In this document: in pieces, positions 1-9,659 of the stretch
Layout: every line of letters begins with the position of its first letter
Numbering within the stretch: position 1 is the first letter of the stretch
Assembly (NCBI GenBank): GCA_002269645.1
Contig: NIVC01000425.1
Coordinates: 1-29,934 of the forward strand
Length of the DNA: 29,934 nucleotides
Origin: Macrostomum lignano
Taxonomy: Eukaryota
Direction of reading: 5' to 3'
Notes under the pieces: generated by a model
What the model was told of the DNA's origin: nothing
Databases searched by the model: none
What the model saw: the letters and a program-made list of their open reading frames with translations, nothing else
Program-made: the position numbers and the translations under genes

Positions 1-2330
1 GCCTTGGGGGGTTGGCTCTCAAGGCGTTAATTGCACGAGCAGAGCCAAGCCGAGATTCCAATTCAGCCCCAAATTAATGTGACTGCACTTGAATCGAGCC
101 TGGGTCGCTGGCACACCAGAGCAGCTGCGCTACCGCTGGCTACGCCCCCCTTCGAACTGGCAAGTGGCTGCGCATTGCGTCGAGGATGACTGAGGGCTGC
201 CCAGAGTTCGAGTCGCGGAACCGTGACAAGGAGGCCTTGCTTGGTGGCTGGGGCGAGTCGAGCTTTAGCGAAGATGAGACGGCAGTAGACGCTGGAACCG
301 ACGCACTGCCAGGCGTAGATGGCAAAACCATAGGCCCCAGGAGCACCGTCAGATAAAATAACGAGACGAACTGAGTAGCTGGCGTCCTTGAATGGCGAAG
401 CGCGGCACGGTGACTTCGTTGAGGCGGAGAAAATCTGTGCGAGCTTGCCAGGCGTCTCTGATTTCAGAGCTGGCGATCTCGTCCCAGTGATCGGTGGCTT
501 GGAAAGCGAGGCGGTATAGAAGACGACCGCTGAGTATGAGTGGAGCGGCGTAACCGGCTGGGTCGTAGGGGGTGTGGACACCTTGCATAGCTTTCGGCGG
601 GTCAGTTCCTCTGGGCGTGGCAGGTTGGGCTTCTTAAGGGTGATGCGGTCTGCGTTGGTGGCCCAGGTGAGACCCAGAAGGCCGACTTTGTGGCTGCGGA
701 TGCAATCCTCATTGGGAATCGTGGAGAGGCAGTTGGCAGGTTTGTGGCAAACTCGCGAAGATGAAAGCAGGCTTGCCGGAAGAGCTCGCGAAGTCCACGA
801 CTAGTCGGGCGGCGTCTCCTCAGTGTCCGGTTCCGACGATTCTAGATTGTCGAAGTAAGAGACCACCTATGACGCGTTCGATCTCGGTACGAGTCAGAAA
901 TGTTTCTCCGGAGTTAAGAGCGTCGAGACAAATCTTGTGCAGGACTGCGAGAAGGATCCACGGCTGGGGAGAACACCCATGACGATGCGGGTGAGGCGCC
1001 ATATTTCAAAGTTGCGTCGATGAGCGGTTGAGAGATGTCTCTTGGGACAATGATACGTAGAGCGTCTCGATGGCGTTCATTGACCCCGATCTGATAGAAC
1101 GCAGCTTGGAAGTCGACGAGATGGCGAAGCGGTGGGCGCGATGGACTAAAAGGTCTTGAGTAGAGAGGTCAACAGGTTTGGTCCAGGCTCTAGAAATCAT
1201 TGAGCGTAGCGCCGGCAAGAGAGGTCTTCGCTGATGCGTCGACAACGGGCGAATTTTTGTGGTATTCGAGCTTTCCTTGATGACAGGGAAGTGCGGTAGA
1301 ACGTGAAGGATCTGCCGTTGTTGTCTCGCTGGGCGTCGACTCGCTCTAAGACTCCTTCGGCTTTCCGTTTTCGAACCGGCGTAGTAGGCTTCTCGCTCCG
1401 GGAGGCTTAGTCGCGCGGTGCGTGCCTGCGCTCGTCCTAAGGCTTGCTCGAAGTTTGATGGCAGCAGTTCAGCGCTGATTTTAAATGGCAAGTCGACTGA
1501 GATTCGACCATCAGAATCACGCGTGATGGTGTCGAGCAGGTGCTTAGTGAGCCTGTCGTCCTTGGGGTCCGGCCTTCCACATCCTTTGCTATGCCGAGAG
1601 CTTCGAGGTGGACATGTGGTCCAGGAGTCGGTCGAGGTGAAGGTTGTCGTTGTTGATTTTGAGGTAGGTGTTAGCGACGAGAACCTGAGAGGCTGAGAGG
1701 ACCGAGAAGCTGTTTGATGCTGTGGGCACCCGTGTCGTTGATGCACCGTTGAGGATAGCTCCGAAGGGCGTCAGGTAGGCCGTTAGAGTTGGTCGAAGAG
1801 CGAGGGCAGAAACTGCAGACCGGTGAGTAACTGGTTCACGTCACCACCGAGGATGAGGTCGAGGGTACGTCTGTATCGTGGTCGGGCGGGAGGTTGCAGA
1901 CGAGCCGTTGTTGACACTGCCAGGGTGTTAAGGATATCTTCAGGGAGCTTTACGGCCGGTATTTGGATCGGGGCTGCTAGCTGGTCGGAGGCGAGGGCTG
2001 TTGATTGGCCAGCGACGACCGTCTGGGGCCTGGAGGTCGAAACTGACGAGGTCCGCCGTTATCTGACGCCTGGACTCTGAGTGGAAGGTGGAGGTGGCTA
2101 TCGAGAGTCTCTTGGTGGTTTGAGGCCAAGCTTGTGGGCAACGGTGCCGTCGAGATGCGAGTACGAGCAGCCTGAGTCAAAGAAGATTGTGCAGTCGACG
2201 GAGCGGCCATCTTTTGGGTTGACGGCCTTCGCCCGGAAGGTAGCCATGATGGTCGGCAAGAGACCTCCGTCGGCTGCGGGCAGAGACTAGGGAGTTGGCG
2301 TCTCTTTGGAGTCGGCGTCCACCACTTGAA
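1..2330 (-). pseudogene. BEL/Pao pol (aspartic protease, RT, Pao peptidase_A17/RNase H-like region), fragmented
   Basis: Protease DSG at 2178-2170 in LLPT...IFFDSGCSYSHL...AHKLGL. RT catalytic YFDN at 857-846. SDGAPGAYG...FAKARLAP...TVPRLEL at about 355-230. Motifs sit in different frames with stops between them. Confidence 0.9.
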
Positions 2331-3698
2331 TTAACTGACGTGGGCGTTTTGGGCTGTCTTAGGTGGTGAGCAATGGCTGGAGCGGGCGTCGAAGGAGGCC
2401 CCGTACAGCGAAGTGTGGTGTGGGGCGTCGCACATACGACAGCGTCGGTTGTCGCGGCAGTCCTTGGTTTGGTGTCGGCGAAGGCAGTTGCGGCAAAGGT
2501 TCTTATTTCGAACGATTTTAAGCCGGTCATCGGGCTTGCGGATGTTGCAGCAGGACATGGTGGTATGTTCGGAGCTGTTGCAATAGAGGCATGGGTGGCT
2601 GGGCTTCTGCTGTTGCTGGTTGGTGGTAGGAGCGAAGCGTGCAGAGTGACGTGGTGAAGAGTTGGTGCCCGTGTGAGGAGTGGTGGACTGGCGGCGATCA
2701 CTGGGGTAGCGCGCTATTGGCGGCTGAGAGTCAGTGTTGCCCAGGAAGTCTGCGGTAGCAAAGGGCGCTGTCGGTGTAGTCGTGGCGGCAGCCCGGAGAG
2801 TCCTAAGTTTACAGTCAAGGTGGCTCTGGAGCTGTGTCATGGTTGGCACGAGAGGCTGCCCGTTGGCAGCACGAAGGTTGCCGATCTCGTTCTGCAGCTC
2901 GATCGGGAGGCGGCTCCAGAGAGCGTAGACGTAGCCGTCGAGGGTGCAGGCGGGCTCGCCAAGGCGGAGGAGCTGGCCGGTAGCGGGTCGGAGGGCGTCG
3001 GTGAAGGTCTCGAGCTCGTCTACGTCGGAGGCAGAGCTGCAGTTTAGTCCGAGGAGGCGTTGGAAGCAGGTGTCTTTCTGCTCCTGCGCGTCAGCGTAGT
3101 TAGCCTGGAGAACGCGGCAGGCCTCGGCGTAGGCGTTGGGTTGGTAGGCATCAATGGCGCCCAGCTTCCTGAGGGCGGGGCCGGATAGAAGACCGCGGAG
3201 TGCCTCGAACTTGTCGACGTCGTTGAGGCTGGATTGGTCAACGCGGTAGATGAAGGCGTCCCAGAACCCGGGAAATGCAGCAGGGTCGGTGCCGTCGAAT
3301 GTCGGGAGACGGACCTTTTTGAGAACAGTGGAGCGGATGAGCCCGGCCGGATCGTGCGCATCTAATGCGGGCGTTGAGGCAACTGGTGTCGAGGCTGGAC
3401 GGACGGTGGCGGCGAGCTGCTAAATGAGCTGCTGGTTCTGCTGCATCATCGCAGTCATTGCGGTCAGGAGGGCGTTGACGTCGACGGAGGCAGTGGGAGC
3501 TGTTGCAGATATCGGAGCCGTAGAAGGAGCAGCGGGAGGAGCAGATGTGGCGGATGAAGCGGCTGGTGGGGGGTCGCTGGCTTCGACGGGTGGCTGCTCC
3601 GTGGCAGTGGTCGCTTCTGCAGAGGCTGTGCTGTGGTCATTCTGGGACTGATGGGTCTGGTCACCAGATTGGTCAGTTATCGATCGTGTGATGACCAT
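2331..3698 (-). pseudogene. BEL/Pao gag with one in-frame nonsense codon
   Basis: ATG at 3698 (MVITRS). TAG at 3422-3420 interrupts QQLI*QLAA. The same frame continues through KVRLPTFDG..FWDAFIYRV..DVDKFEALRGLL and the boxes CLYCNSSEHTTMSC, CRNCLRRHQTKDC and CRMCDAPHH to TAA at 2333-2331. Confidence 0.9.
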
Positions 3699-3700
3699 GA

Positions 3701-3713
3701 CGCTCTGCCACCA
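3701..3713 (-). other. Primer-binding site of the BEL/Pao element
   Basis: The minus strand reads ...TTCGACA-ATTT-TGGTGGCAGAGCG: LTR end CA, 4-nt spacer, then TGG. TGGTGGCAG complements a tRNA ending ...CUGCCACCA, as some tRNA-Leu species do. The tRNA identity is tentative. Confidence 0.75.
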
Positions 3714-3717
3714 AAAT

Positions 3718-3749
3718 TGTCGAATAGACAATAAACTAATAACTAATAA
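3718..3749 (-). repeat. 3' terminal 32 bp (U5 end) of the BEL/Pao 5' LTR, cut off by the LINE insertion
   Basis: Ends in ...GACA (minus) immediately before the PBS and contains the left TSD copy. Confidence 0.8.
3738..3749 (+). repeat. Left target-site duplication AATAACTAATAA
   Basis: The identical 12-mer occurs at 9648-9659; together they flank the LINE exactly. Confidence 0.92.
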
Positions 3750-3994
3750 GCACGCGAAGGCGTATTCAGCATGCCAGTGAAGTATGAGACAGACTAGGCC
3801 CATGGGCTAAGGTCTGCGATGCTTCACGCCTGCCCCTATCTTCAGCAGGTCAAGGCTGGTGGGAGGTCTGCACCCTCTATTTGCCTCTGGCAGCCGCAGA
3901 CCCCCCCCCCCACGCTGTCTCGCAAGTCGACCCAGGGTACTCGTCCCCGCGTGTGTTCAAGGCAGTCCCTAGGGCTGCTGGACAGACTGGGCTC
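3750..3994 (+). ncRNA. HDV-like self-cleaving ribozyme at the exact 5' end of the LINE
   Basis: P1 GCACGCG(3750-56)/CGCGUGU(3948-54) with a first G.U wobble; P2 GACCCA(3929-34)/UGGG(c)UC(3988-94); P3 GGG(3935-37)/CCC(3945-47); L3 UACUCGU; P1.1 AC(3939-40)/GU(3955-56); P4 GGCAGUCC/GGGCUGCU(3961-79); J4/2 CAGAC with putative catalytic C3983. Folded by eye. Confidence 0.85.
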
Positions 3995-4269
3995 CGGCGC
4001 TGGCGACCCTATCCAGTGGCTTCGGCCGAATTTGGGTATGCGGGTCTGGCTCGCCAACCTGCAGGCCGTGGTACTGCTCAACGTACTCTCTAATGCCTAA
4101 GGTGTTGACCGTGCCGATGGGCTGGAAGGCCGGGGAGTAGTCCGGTCGCAAGCGGTCCCCCTCCTGGTGTCGGGCCAGCCTTGAGGGTGCTATTGGCCTA
4201 CTGCCCGGTCAGGTGGAGCGGCCGGGTGGGTACCGCGCCCCTTTGAGGGTAGCCCACCAACCTTTTATC

Positions 4270-5774
4270 ATGGCCTTCGAGCCGACTATGGATAAACAAG
4301 CTATTTCTAGGGACGGGGACCCTTCTAAACCCCAACCTCAGTCCGAAGGACCGGCCGGCCCTGCTGGCAGATCCCAACCGACTGATTCAACTGTGGCAAA
4401 GGAAGGACCGGCTGGCTCTGCTGGCAGATCCGACCAGAGCTACCAAACTCAAAATACCCTAAGACCTGCCAGCTCCGCTGGTGGATCTAAGGGAACCGCG
4501 AGCTCTGAGCCTAAAGGACCGGCCAAATCTGGCAGATCCGATGAAGCTCAGCGGGCTCGGCTTGAGCGCAAACGCGCTAAACAACGCGCCAAAAGGCAGG
4601 CCAAGAAGGGAGCTGCGGGGGCCAAAGCGGCGGCGTCCACCATGGATGCTGAAGCGACTGGAGTCCCAAGGCAACCAGGCGGGCCGGCCGGTGGAAGCTC
4701 CAGTAGTTCAGCGGCGGCGCTCCCTGGAGCTGCTGCCGCGGCTGCTGAGGCCGAAACCACGGCGCAACAAATGGCCACTGCCAACAAGGAGGTTCCTTCG
4801 GGAGCTACCTTTGCGGCGAAGGCCAAGGCCAAAATCCCGGGAGTGATCATCCAAGGTCGCGACCAGGACTGGACCACTGATCAGCTTCAAAAAGTGTGGA
4901 GTGCTGTTGACTCCTATCTGATTGAGCTGACTGTCGAGGAGGGAATCTCCATCGGCGTTGAGCGGATGGTGCTGCGAAGCACATTCGTTCTTATTGCTCC
5001 TAGCAGCGAGGAGGACGCTCGGCGGCTGCTCCAGCGGCTACCGACGGTCTCCTTGGATGCTGACCTTGGCGGAGCTCTTTTTCTTCGCGAGGGCCAGCGT
5101 CCAAAGACGATACCCTATGTGGTTTTCGTCCCTGCTAAGAGCACCGCAGCTGGACCAGACGTTATTCGCCGGGTCCTACTGCGTCTGAACCCCGACCTCC
5201 CTGCTAGTGGACTGGTGTATCACCGTAAAGTCCGCAGGGGGAGACGGGCAACTCAATTGTCCTCGGCCTTTCCAGCACTTGGGCGAGTCGGTACCCTAAT
5301 GGATCCTCTTTCCAGCTGGGTGCCCTCAAGCTCAAGTTGCGCCGAGGAAAGTCTGCCAAAGGGAAGGCTACTGCCAACCCCGGCATCTCCGGCAAGAGCG
5401 GGGCGCAGTCTAAGGCCCAAGGAAAGGCGCAAGCCGATCCCAAAGCCAAAGCTGCATCTCGCCCCTCTGCTAGCAGCAGTTCGGCGACCGCGGTAACGGC
5501 TCCGGCCGAGCCCCGGGAACCAAACCTGCCAGTCGGAGAAGGAGTTGAGGACGAGGCCGGGTCTTCGGAATCCGAGCTCTCCTCGGCCACCTTGGTGGGG
5601 TCTGAAGGTAAAGATGCAGGTGAGGAAGCTTCCTCCATCCTGTCATCGGAGCCTGAGGACTCTGCTGGGGGGGCCGGTGGGGGTGAGGAGGCCATGGACG
5701 TCGACCAACTCCCATCTCCCAGTCAAGCCCCAGCGGCCTGGGACGAGGACGATCTGTTGTCCAAGTCTCCTTGA
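4270..5774 (+). CDS. LINE ORF1 protein (DUF4780-like central domain), one frameshift near 5240
   Basis: ATG at 4270. Basic patch RARLERKRAKQRAKRQAKK. Central WTTDQLQKVW...YVVFVP...LLRLNPDLP region. One missing base in the G-run at about 5236-5241 joins it to the ORF-track frame 5337-5774 (GNSIVLGLS...DEDDLLSKSP*). The DUF4780 call is by pattern recall. Confidence 0.8.
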
Positions 5775-5813
5775 TGGCCCTGGGCTCTAGCCAGATATTG
5801 CATTTAATACAGT

Positions 5814-8800
5814 ATGACTAAGCTCCACGCTGCCAAAGGAGCGACATTCTGTCTGCAAATAAATTTACAGCATTGCGTATCTGCGTCAGTAAATCTGATG
5901 AAGATTGCTGAGCTGTACAGGCCAGGCCTCATCCTGATCCAGGAACCCTGGATGCGCAACGGTAAGTTGCCCAACATTCCCTCTGGCTACTCTGATTTTT
6001 ATGTGTGTGGCCCGGGGAACAGCCGCCCTAGAGCGGCTATCCTCGCTGCTAGCCATCTCCAGGCTTGGCTGAGGACTGATCTCTCTGATGGAGACCTTTG
6101 CGTCATCCAATCTAATCATTTCTCTCCGCGTACGTGTCTTGTTGCCTCGGTTTATATCCCAGGCGACAGAGACCCTGCTCCCGAGAGTTTACTGCGCCTT
6201 GCGCAGTACTGCGAGTCCCAGAACGCTGAGCTGTGCTTAGGGGGCGACCTCAACGCGCACCACAAGCACTGGGGCAGCAAAGATACCAACACTAGAGGAG
6301 AGGAGCTTCTGGCCCTCATCTCTAACACAAACCTCATGCTCTGCAACCGCGGCAGCACTCCTACCTTTAATAATGGCAGATGGACCGAGGTCCTCGACGC
6401 CACACTCGTTACCCAAGACTCTTTGACAGAGTCAAGGAGTGGAGAGTCTGGTCTGAGGAGCCCTCCCTGTCTGACCACTGCTTTATCGCCTTTAATATCG
6501 CGGACACTAAAACCCAGTCTCCGATCACTTGGAGACGCAATATCCGCAACACTGATTGGGCGGCCTACAAGGCTGCCCTTGATCTGCACCTGCAGGAACT
6601 CACGGACTTACGTCCGATTGAGACCTGCGAGGATGTGGATCATATGGCTGAGACGCTGACAGGTTGCATTATTGCAGCCTACGAAGCGGCTTGTCCTGCT
6701 CGCGCCTACAGAGGCAAGACCTCGGCGCCGTGGTGGAACCCGGAGCTGGGGAAACTCAGGCGGAAGGCCAAAAGCCTTCATCGCCGTGCCATGAAGACCG
6801 GAAACCCGGAGGACATGGAGCTTTTCCGGCAAGCCTCCCGCAATTTCAAATCTGAAGTGCGCAAGGCCAAGGAATGTAAGTGGCGCCAATTCTGCAATGA
6901 ATTGGATCAAGACAGACCTACTTCTAGGCTTGTCAAGGCCCTTACAATGGACAAAATGTCCAAATTAGCCATGATCAAAAAAGATGATGGCTCTCTTACT
7001 AAAGACCCTGAAGAAGTGCTTCAGCATATGCTTAGCACATTCTTCCCGAGGGTACCTACTGCTAGACCGGAGCCCAACCATTCGATGGATGGAGCCACCC
7101 TAGCGGCGGGCATTGTCACTGAAGACCTAATCGCTCGTGCGGTCAGAACCTTCAAACCCTTCAAATCTCCTGGACCTGATGGTATCTACCCTGTTCTCCT
7201 TCGTGAAGCAGCCAAGATACCCTCGTTCCTGAGACTCACCCGCAATCTTATGCGGGCCTCTATCCAGCTGGGATACGTTCCCAAAAGCTGGACTGAAGCT
7301 CGAGTAGTCTTTATTCCCAAACCTGGGAAGGGTGACTACCAAAGCGTCAAGGCCTTCCGGCCAATTAGCTTAACGTCAGCAATGCTTAAGCTCACTGAGA
7401 GGCTTATTCTCTGGCGGCTGCTCTCCTGCGAGCTGACAGCGATGCCCCTCAGCAATAATCAGCACGCCTTCCGTACCGGGAGGTCGACTGACAGCGCCCT
7501 GCATGCGATTGTCGAAAAGATTGAACGGGCGGTACTGGGTGACGGTTACGCCCTGGCTCTCTTTCTTGACATTGTTGGCGCCTTCGACAACGTTATCTTT
7601 GAAGCGTTTCAGAGGGCCCTTCAAAATCGCAAAGCTCATGCTACCCTCATACGGTGGATCATGTACATGATCTCCAACCGTACGGTCACTGCCCAACTTC
7701 TTGGGCAAACTGCCTCCACCAGAGTCTGTAAGGGTGGACCCCAAGGCGGAGTCCTCACCCCGACGCTCTGGAACCTGGTCATGGACGCTCTTCTGAGTGA
7801 CTCCCGACCTGACCCCGTCTTCAAAGTCGGGTATGCTGATGACGTCACGGCCATTGTGGCAGGACCGTCTCCCAGCACGCTCAGGGATCTGATGCAGAGC
7901 TTTATCCGCAAAGCAGAATCCTGGGCCAATGACAATGGTTTGGAACTCTCTGAGCCCAAAACCGTTGCCATTATGTTTACCAGCAGACTACGCTGGAACA
8001 TACGTCCTCTGCAGCTCTACGGCAGAGATATTGCCTTCGCGCACCAGACCAGATGTCTCGGGGTCACACTTGACCACCGGCTCAACTGGTCCTTCCACGT
8101 GAAAGCAAAAGCTAAGCGTGCCTCAGCCATCCTGGCCCAGCTCCGACGAGCACTTGGCACTTCTTGGGGTCTATCCCCAAAGCGGCTTTGGTGGATCTAT
8201 ACTTCCGTAGTTAGACCTGCCATTACGTACGCCTCTGTTGTCTGGGTTAGCGCTACCCAGGTCAAAAGCCATGCAGACCTGCTCAACACGATCCAAGGCA
8301 GAGCGTGTAGGCTCATCTGCAACGCCACCAGGTCCACGCCCTTTGCTGGCATGGGGGCCTTTCTTAATCTTCCGCCTCTTGACCTCTTCATCAGGGGTGA
8401 GGCGGCTAGAACGACGCGGCGTCTAATTGATGCCGGCGTCAAATTCATTTACATGAGAGCACCTGCTAAGCGGAACCTTGTCCCGCATAGCGATCTGTGC
8501 CTCAACTTTCTCAACGAGTGTCAGGCCAATCGCGTCTTCACCGATGGCATTGCCTCAACGCTCAACCTGAGACAGCGCTACTCCGTAGCTATCGACTCGC
8601 GCGATAACATCAATGACCATTGGAACCCTGGTGAGCTTCATTGCTACACCGACGGTTCTAAGCAGTCAGCCAACACCGGCTTTGGTGTTGGAATCTTTCT
8701 GAACGGGAGGGTCATCGCTACCCACGCTCAATACACTGGGGTCAACTCCAGTGTTTTCCAAAATGAAGTTCTGGCCATCAGCTCCTGCACTGCAGAGCTT

Positions 8801-9552
8801 CTCGCCACTGGCGTTACTGGTAAGAACATCATTTTCCATTCGGACAGCCAAGCTGCCTTGCACGCCATCAGTGGCTGCAGCACCAACTCTGCTACAGTCC
8901 TTGACTGTATCAAACTCCTCAATGTGTTGGGTTCCGCCAACAAAATTACCCTTAAGTGGGTTCCGGGGCATGTGGGGATCCGAGGAAATGAGTTGGCTGA
9001 CACCCTTGCAAAAGTTGGTGCCTCCGGCTCCTCTCTCGGCCCCGAACCTCTTGTCCCGATTCCTGGCTGTGTCATCGACTCGCGCATCAAAGCGTGGATC
9101 AGGACTCAGCACCGCTCGACTTGGGCGAACCGCACGAACTGCAGGCAATCCAGAGGCGCTGTCCCTCAGCCCTCTCACCAGCTCCGGAAGCTCCTCTTGC
9201 GCCTCTCGCGCAGAGACATCCGGGCTGCCACCATGACCCTCTCTGGTCACGGCTGCTTCTCCAGGCACCAGTACCTGCAGGGCAACGCCACCAACGCCAC
9301 CTGTAGTTTCTGCAACTCAGGTGACGAAACCGCTGAGCATTTCGTCAGCATCTGTCCCCCTTCACGCGGGCCAGACTCACTTACCTCGGGCCACACACAT
9401 CTATTACTGAAGCGTGCAAACCCGAAAACTTTAATCAGCTCATGCGCTACCTTCGGGCCACCCGCAGGGCTGAACTCTCCTTTCCAGAGAGCACCATAGC
9501 TGCTGGCGACACTGGGGGACCTCCCTGGGCGGCGCCAACCCTCCGTCCATAG
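5814..9552 (+). CDS. LINE ORF2 polyprotein (AP endonuclease, RT, RNase H, CCHC), two single-base frameshifts
   Basis: APE motifs QINLQH, IQEPW, GDLNAHH..WGS and LSDH. RT QGGVLTP and YADD (7832-7843). RNase H YTDGSK, HSDSQAAL and WVPGHVGIRGNELAD. C-terminal CSFC..ETAEHFVSICP. Adding one base at about 6411-6421 and one at about 9356-9360 gives one ORF ending at TAG 9550-9552. Confidence 0.9.
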
Positions 9553-9649
9553 CGACGCGTCGGCCGTTCAGGGACTAGCGGAATGGGCGCCCGCGCCTTC
9601 CCGCTGTGTCCCCTCCGGGACAGCCCTGCAGCTAAGTCAAGTAAGTCAA
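9553..9649 (+). other. LINE 3' UTR with stem-loops and TAAGTCAAG tandem tail
   Basis: Hairpins AGCGGAA/TTCCCGCT and TGTCCC-CTCC-GGGACA precede TAAGTCAAG TAAGTCAA (9633-9649). The last AA overlaps the TSD. Confidence 0.7.
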
Positions 9650-9659
9650 TAACTAATAA
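9648..9659 (+). repeat. Right target-site duplication AATAACTAATAA
   Basis: Identical to 3738-3749. Confidence 0.92.

Larger units (their letters stand above)
1..3717 (-). mobile_element. BEL/Pao LTR retrotransposon internal region, decayed and truncated by the window edge (PBS-gag-PR-RT-RH)
   Basis: Minus-strand translation across frames gives, in BEL/Pao order: gag start MVITRS; DUF1759-like LPTFDG..FWDAF; three Cys-His boxes; protease IFFDSGC; RT GRISVDLPF, LPHFPVIKE..TTKIR, DFQAAFYQIG and YFDN; then YDPAGYAAP and FAKARLAP..TVPRLEL. There are several frameshifts and stops. Confidence 0.95.
3750..9647 (+). mobile_element. Full-length non-LTR retrotransposon, I group, Loa-clade-like (ORF1 + APE-RT-RNase H-CCHC ORF2)
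   Basis: 12-bp TSD, structured 5' UTR, two ORFs and a short tandem-repeat tail. RT signatures KPGKGDY..KAFRPISLTS and QHAFRTGRSTDSALH..LFLDIVGAFDN plus an RNase H domain fit Loa/Lian/Baggins-type elements. Clade assigned from recalled motifs, not from a tree. Confidence 0.93.

Noticed and set aside
2177-2340. Programmed gag-pol frameshift in the BEL element
   Set aside because: No clear slippery heptamer, and many other indels nearby make decay or error more likely.
3420-3803. ORF-track start MGLVCL... at 3803
   Set aside because: It runs across the LINE 5' end, TSD and PBS. The gag start is the ATG at 3698.
3750-4269. Hammerhead or twister ribozyme in the LINE 5' UTR
   Set aside because: No CUGANGA...GAAA core or twister consensus seen. 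The HDV-like fold accounts for the 5' end.
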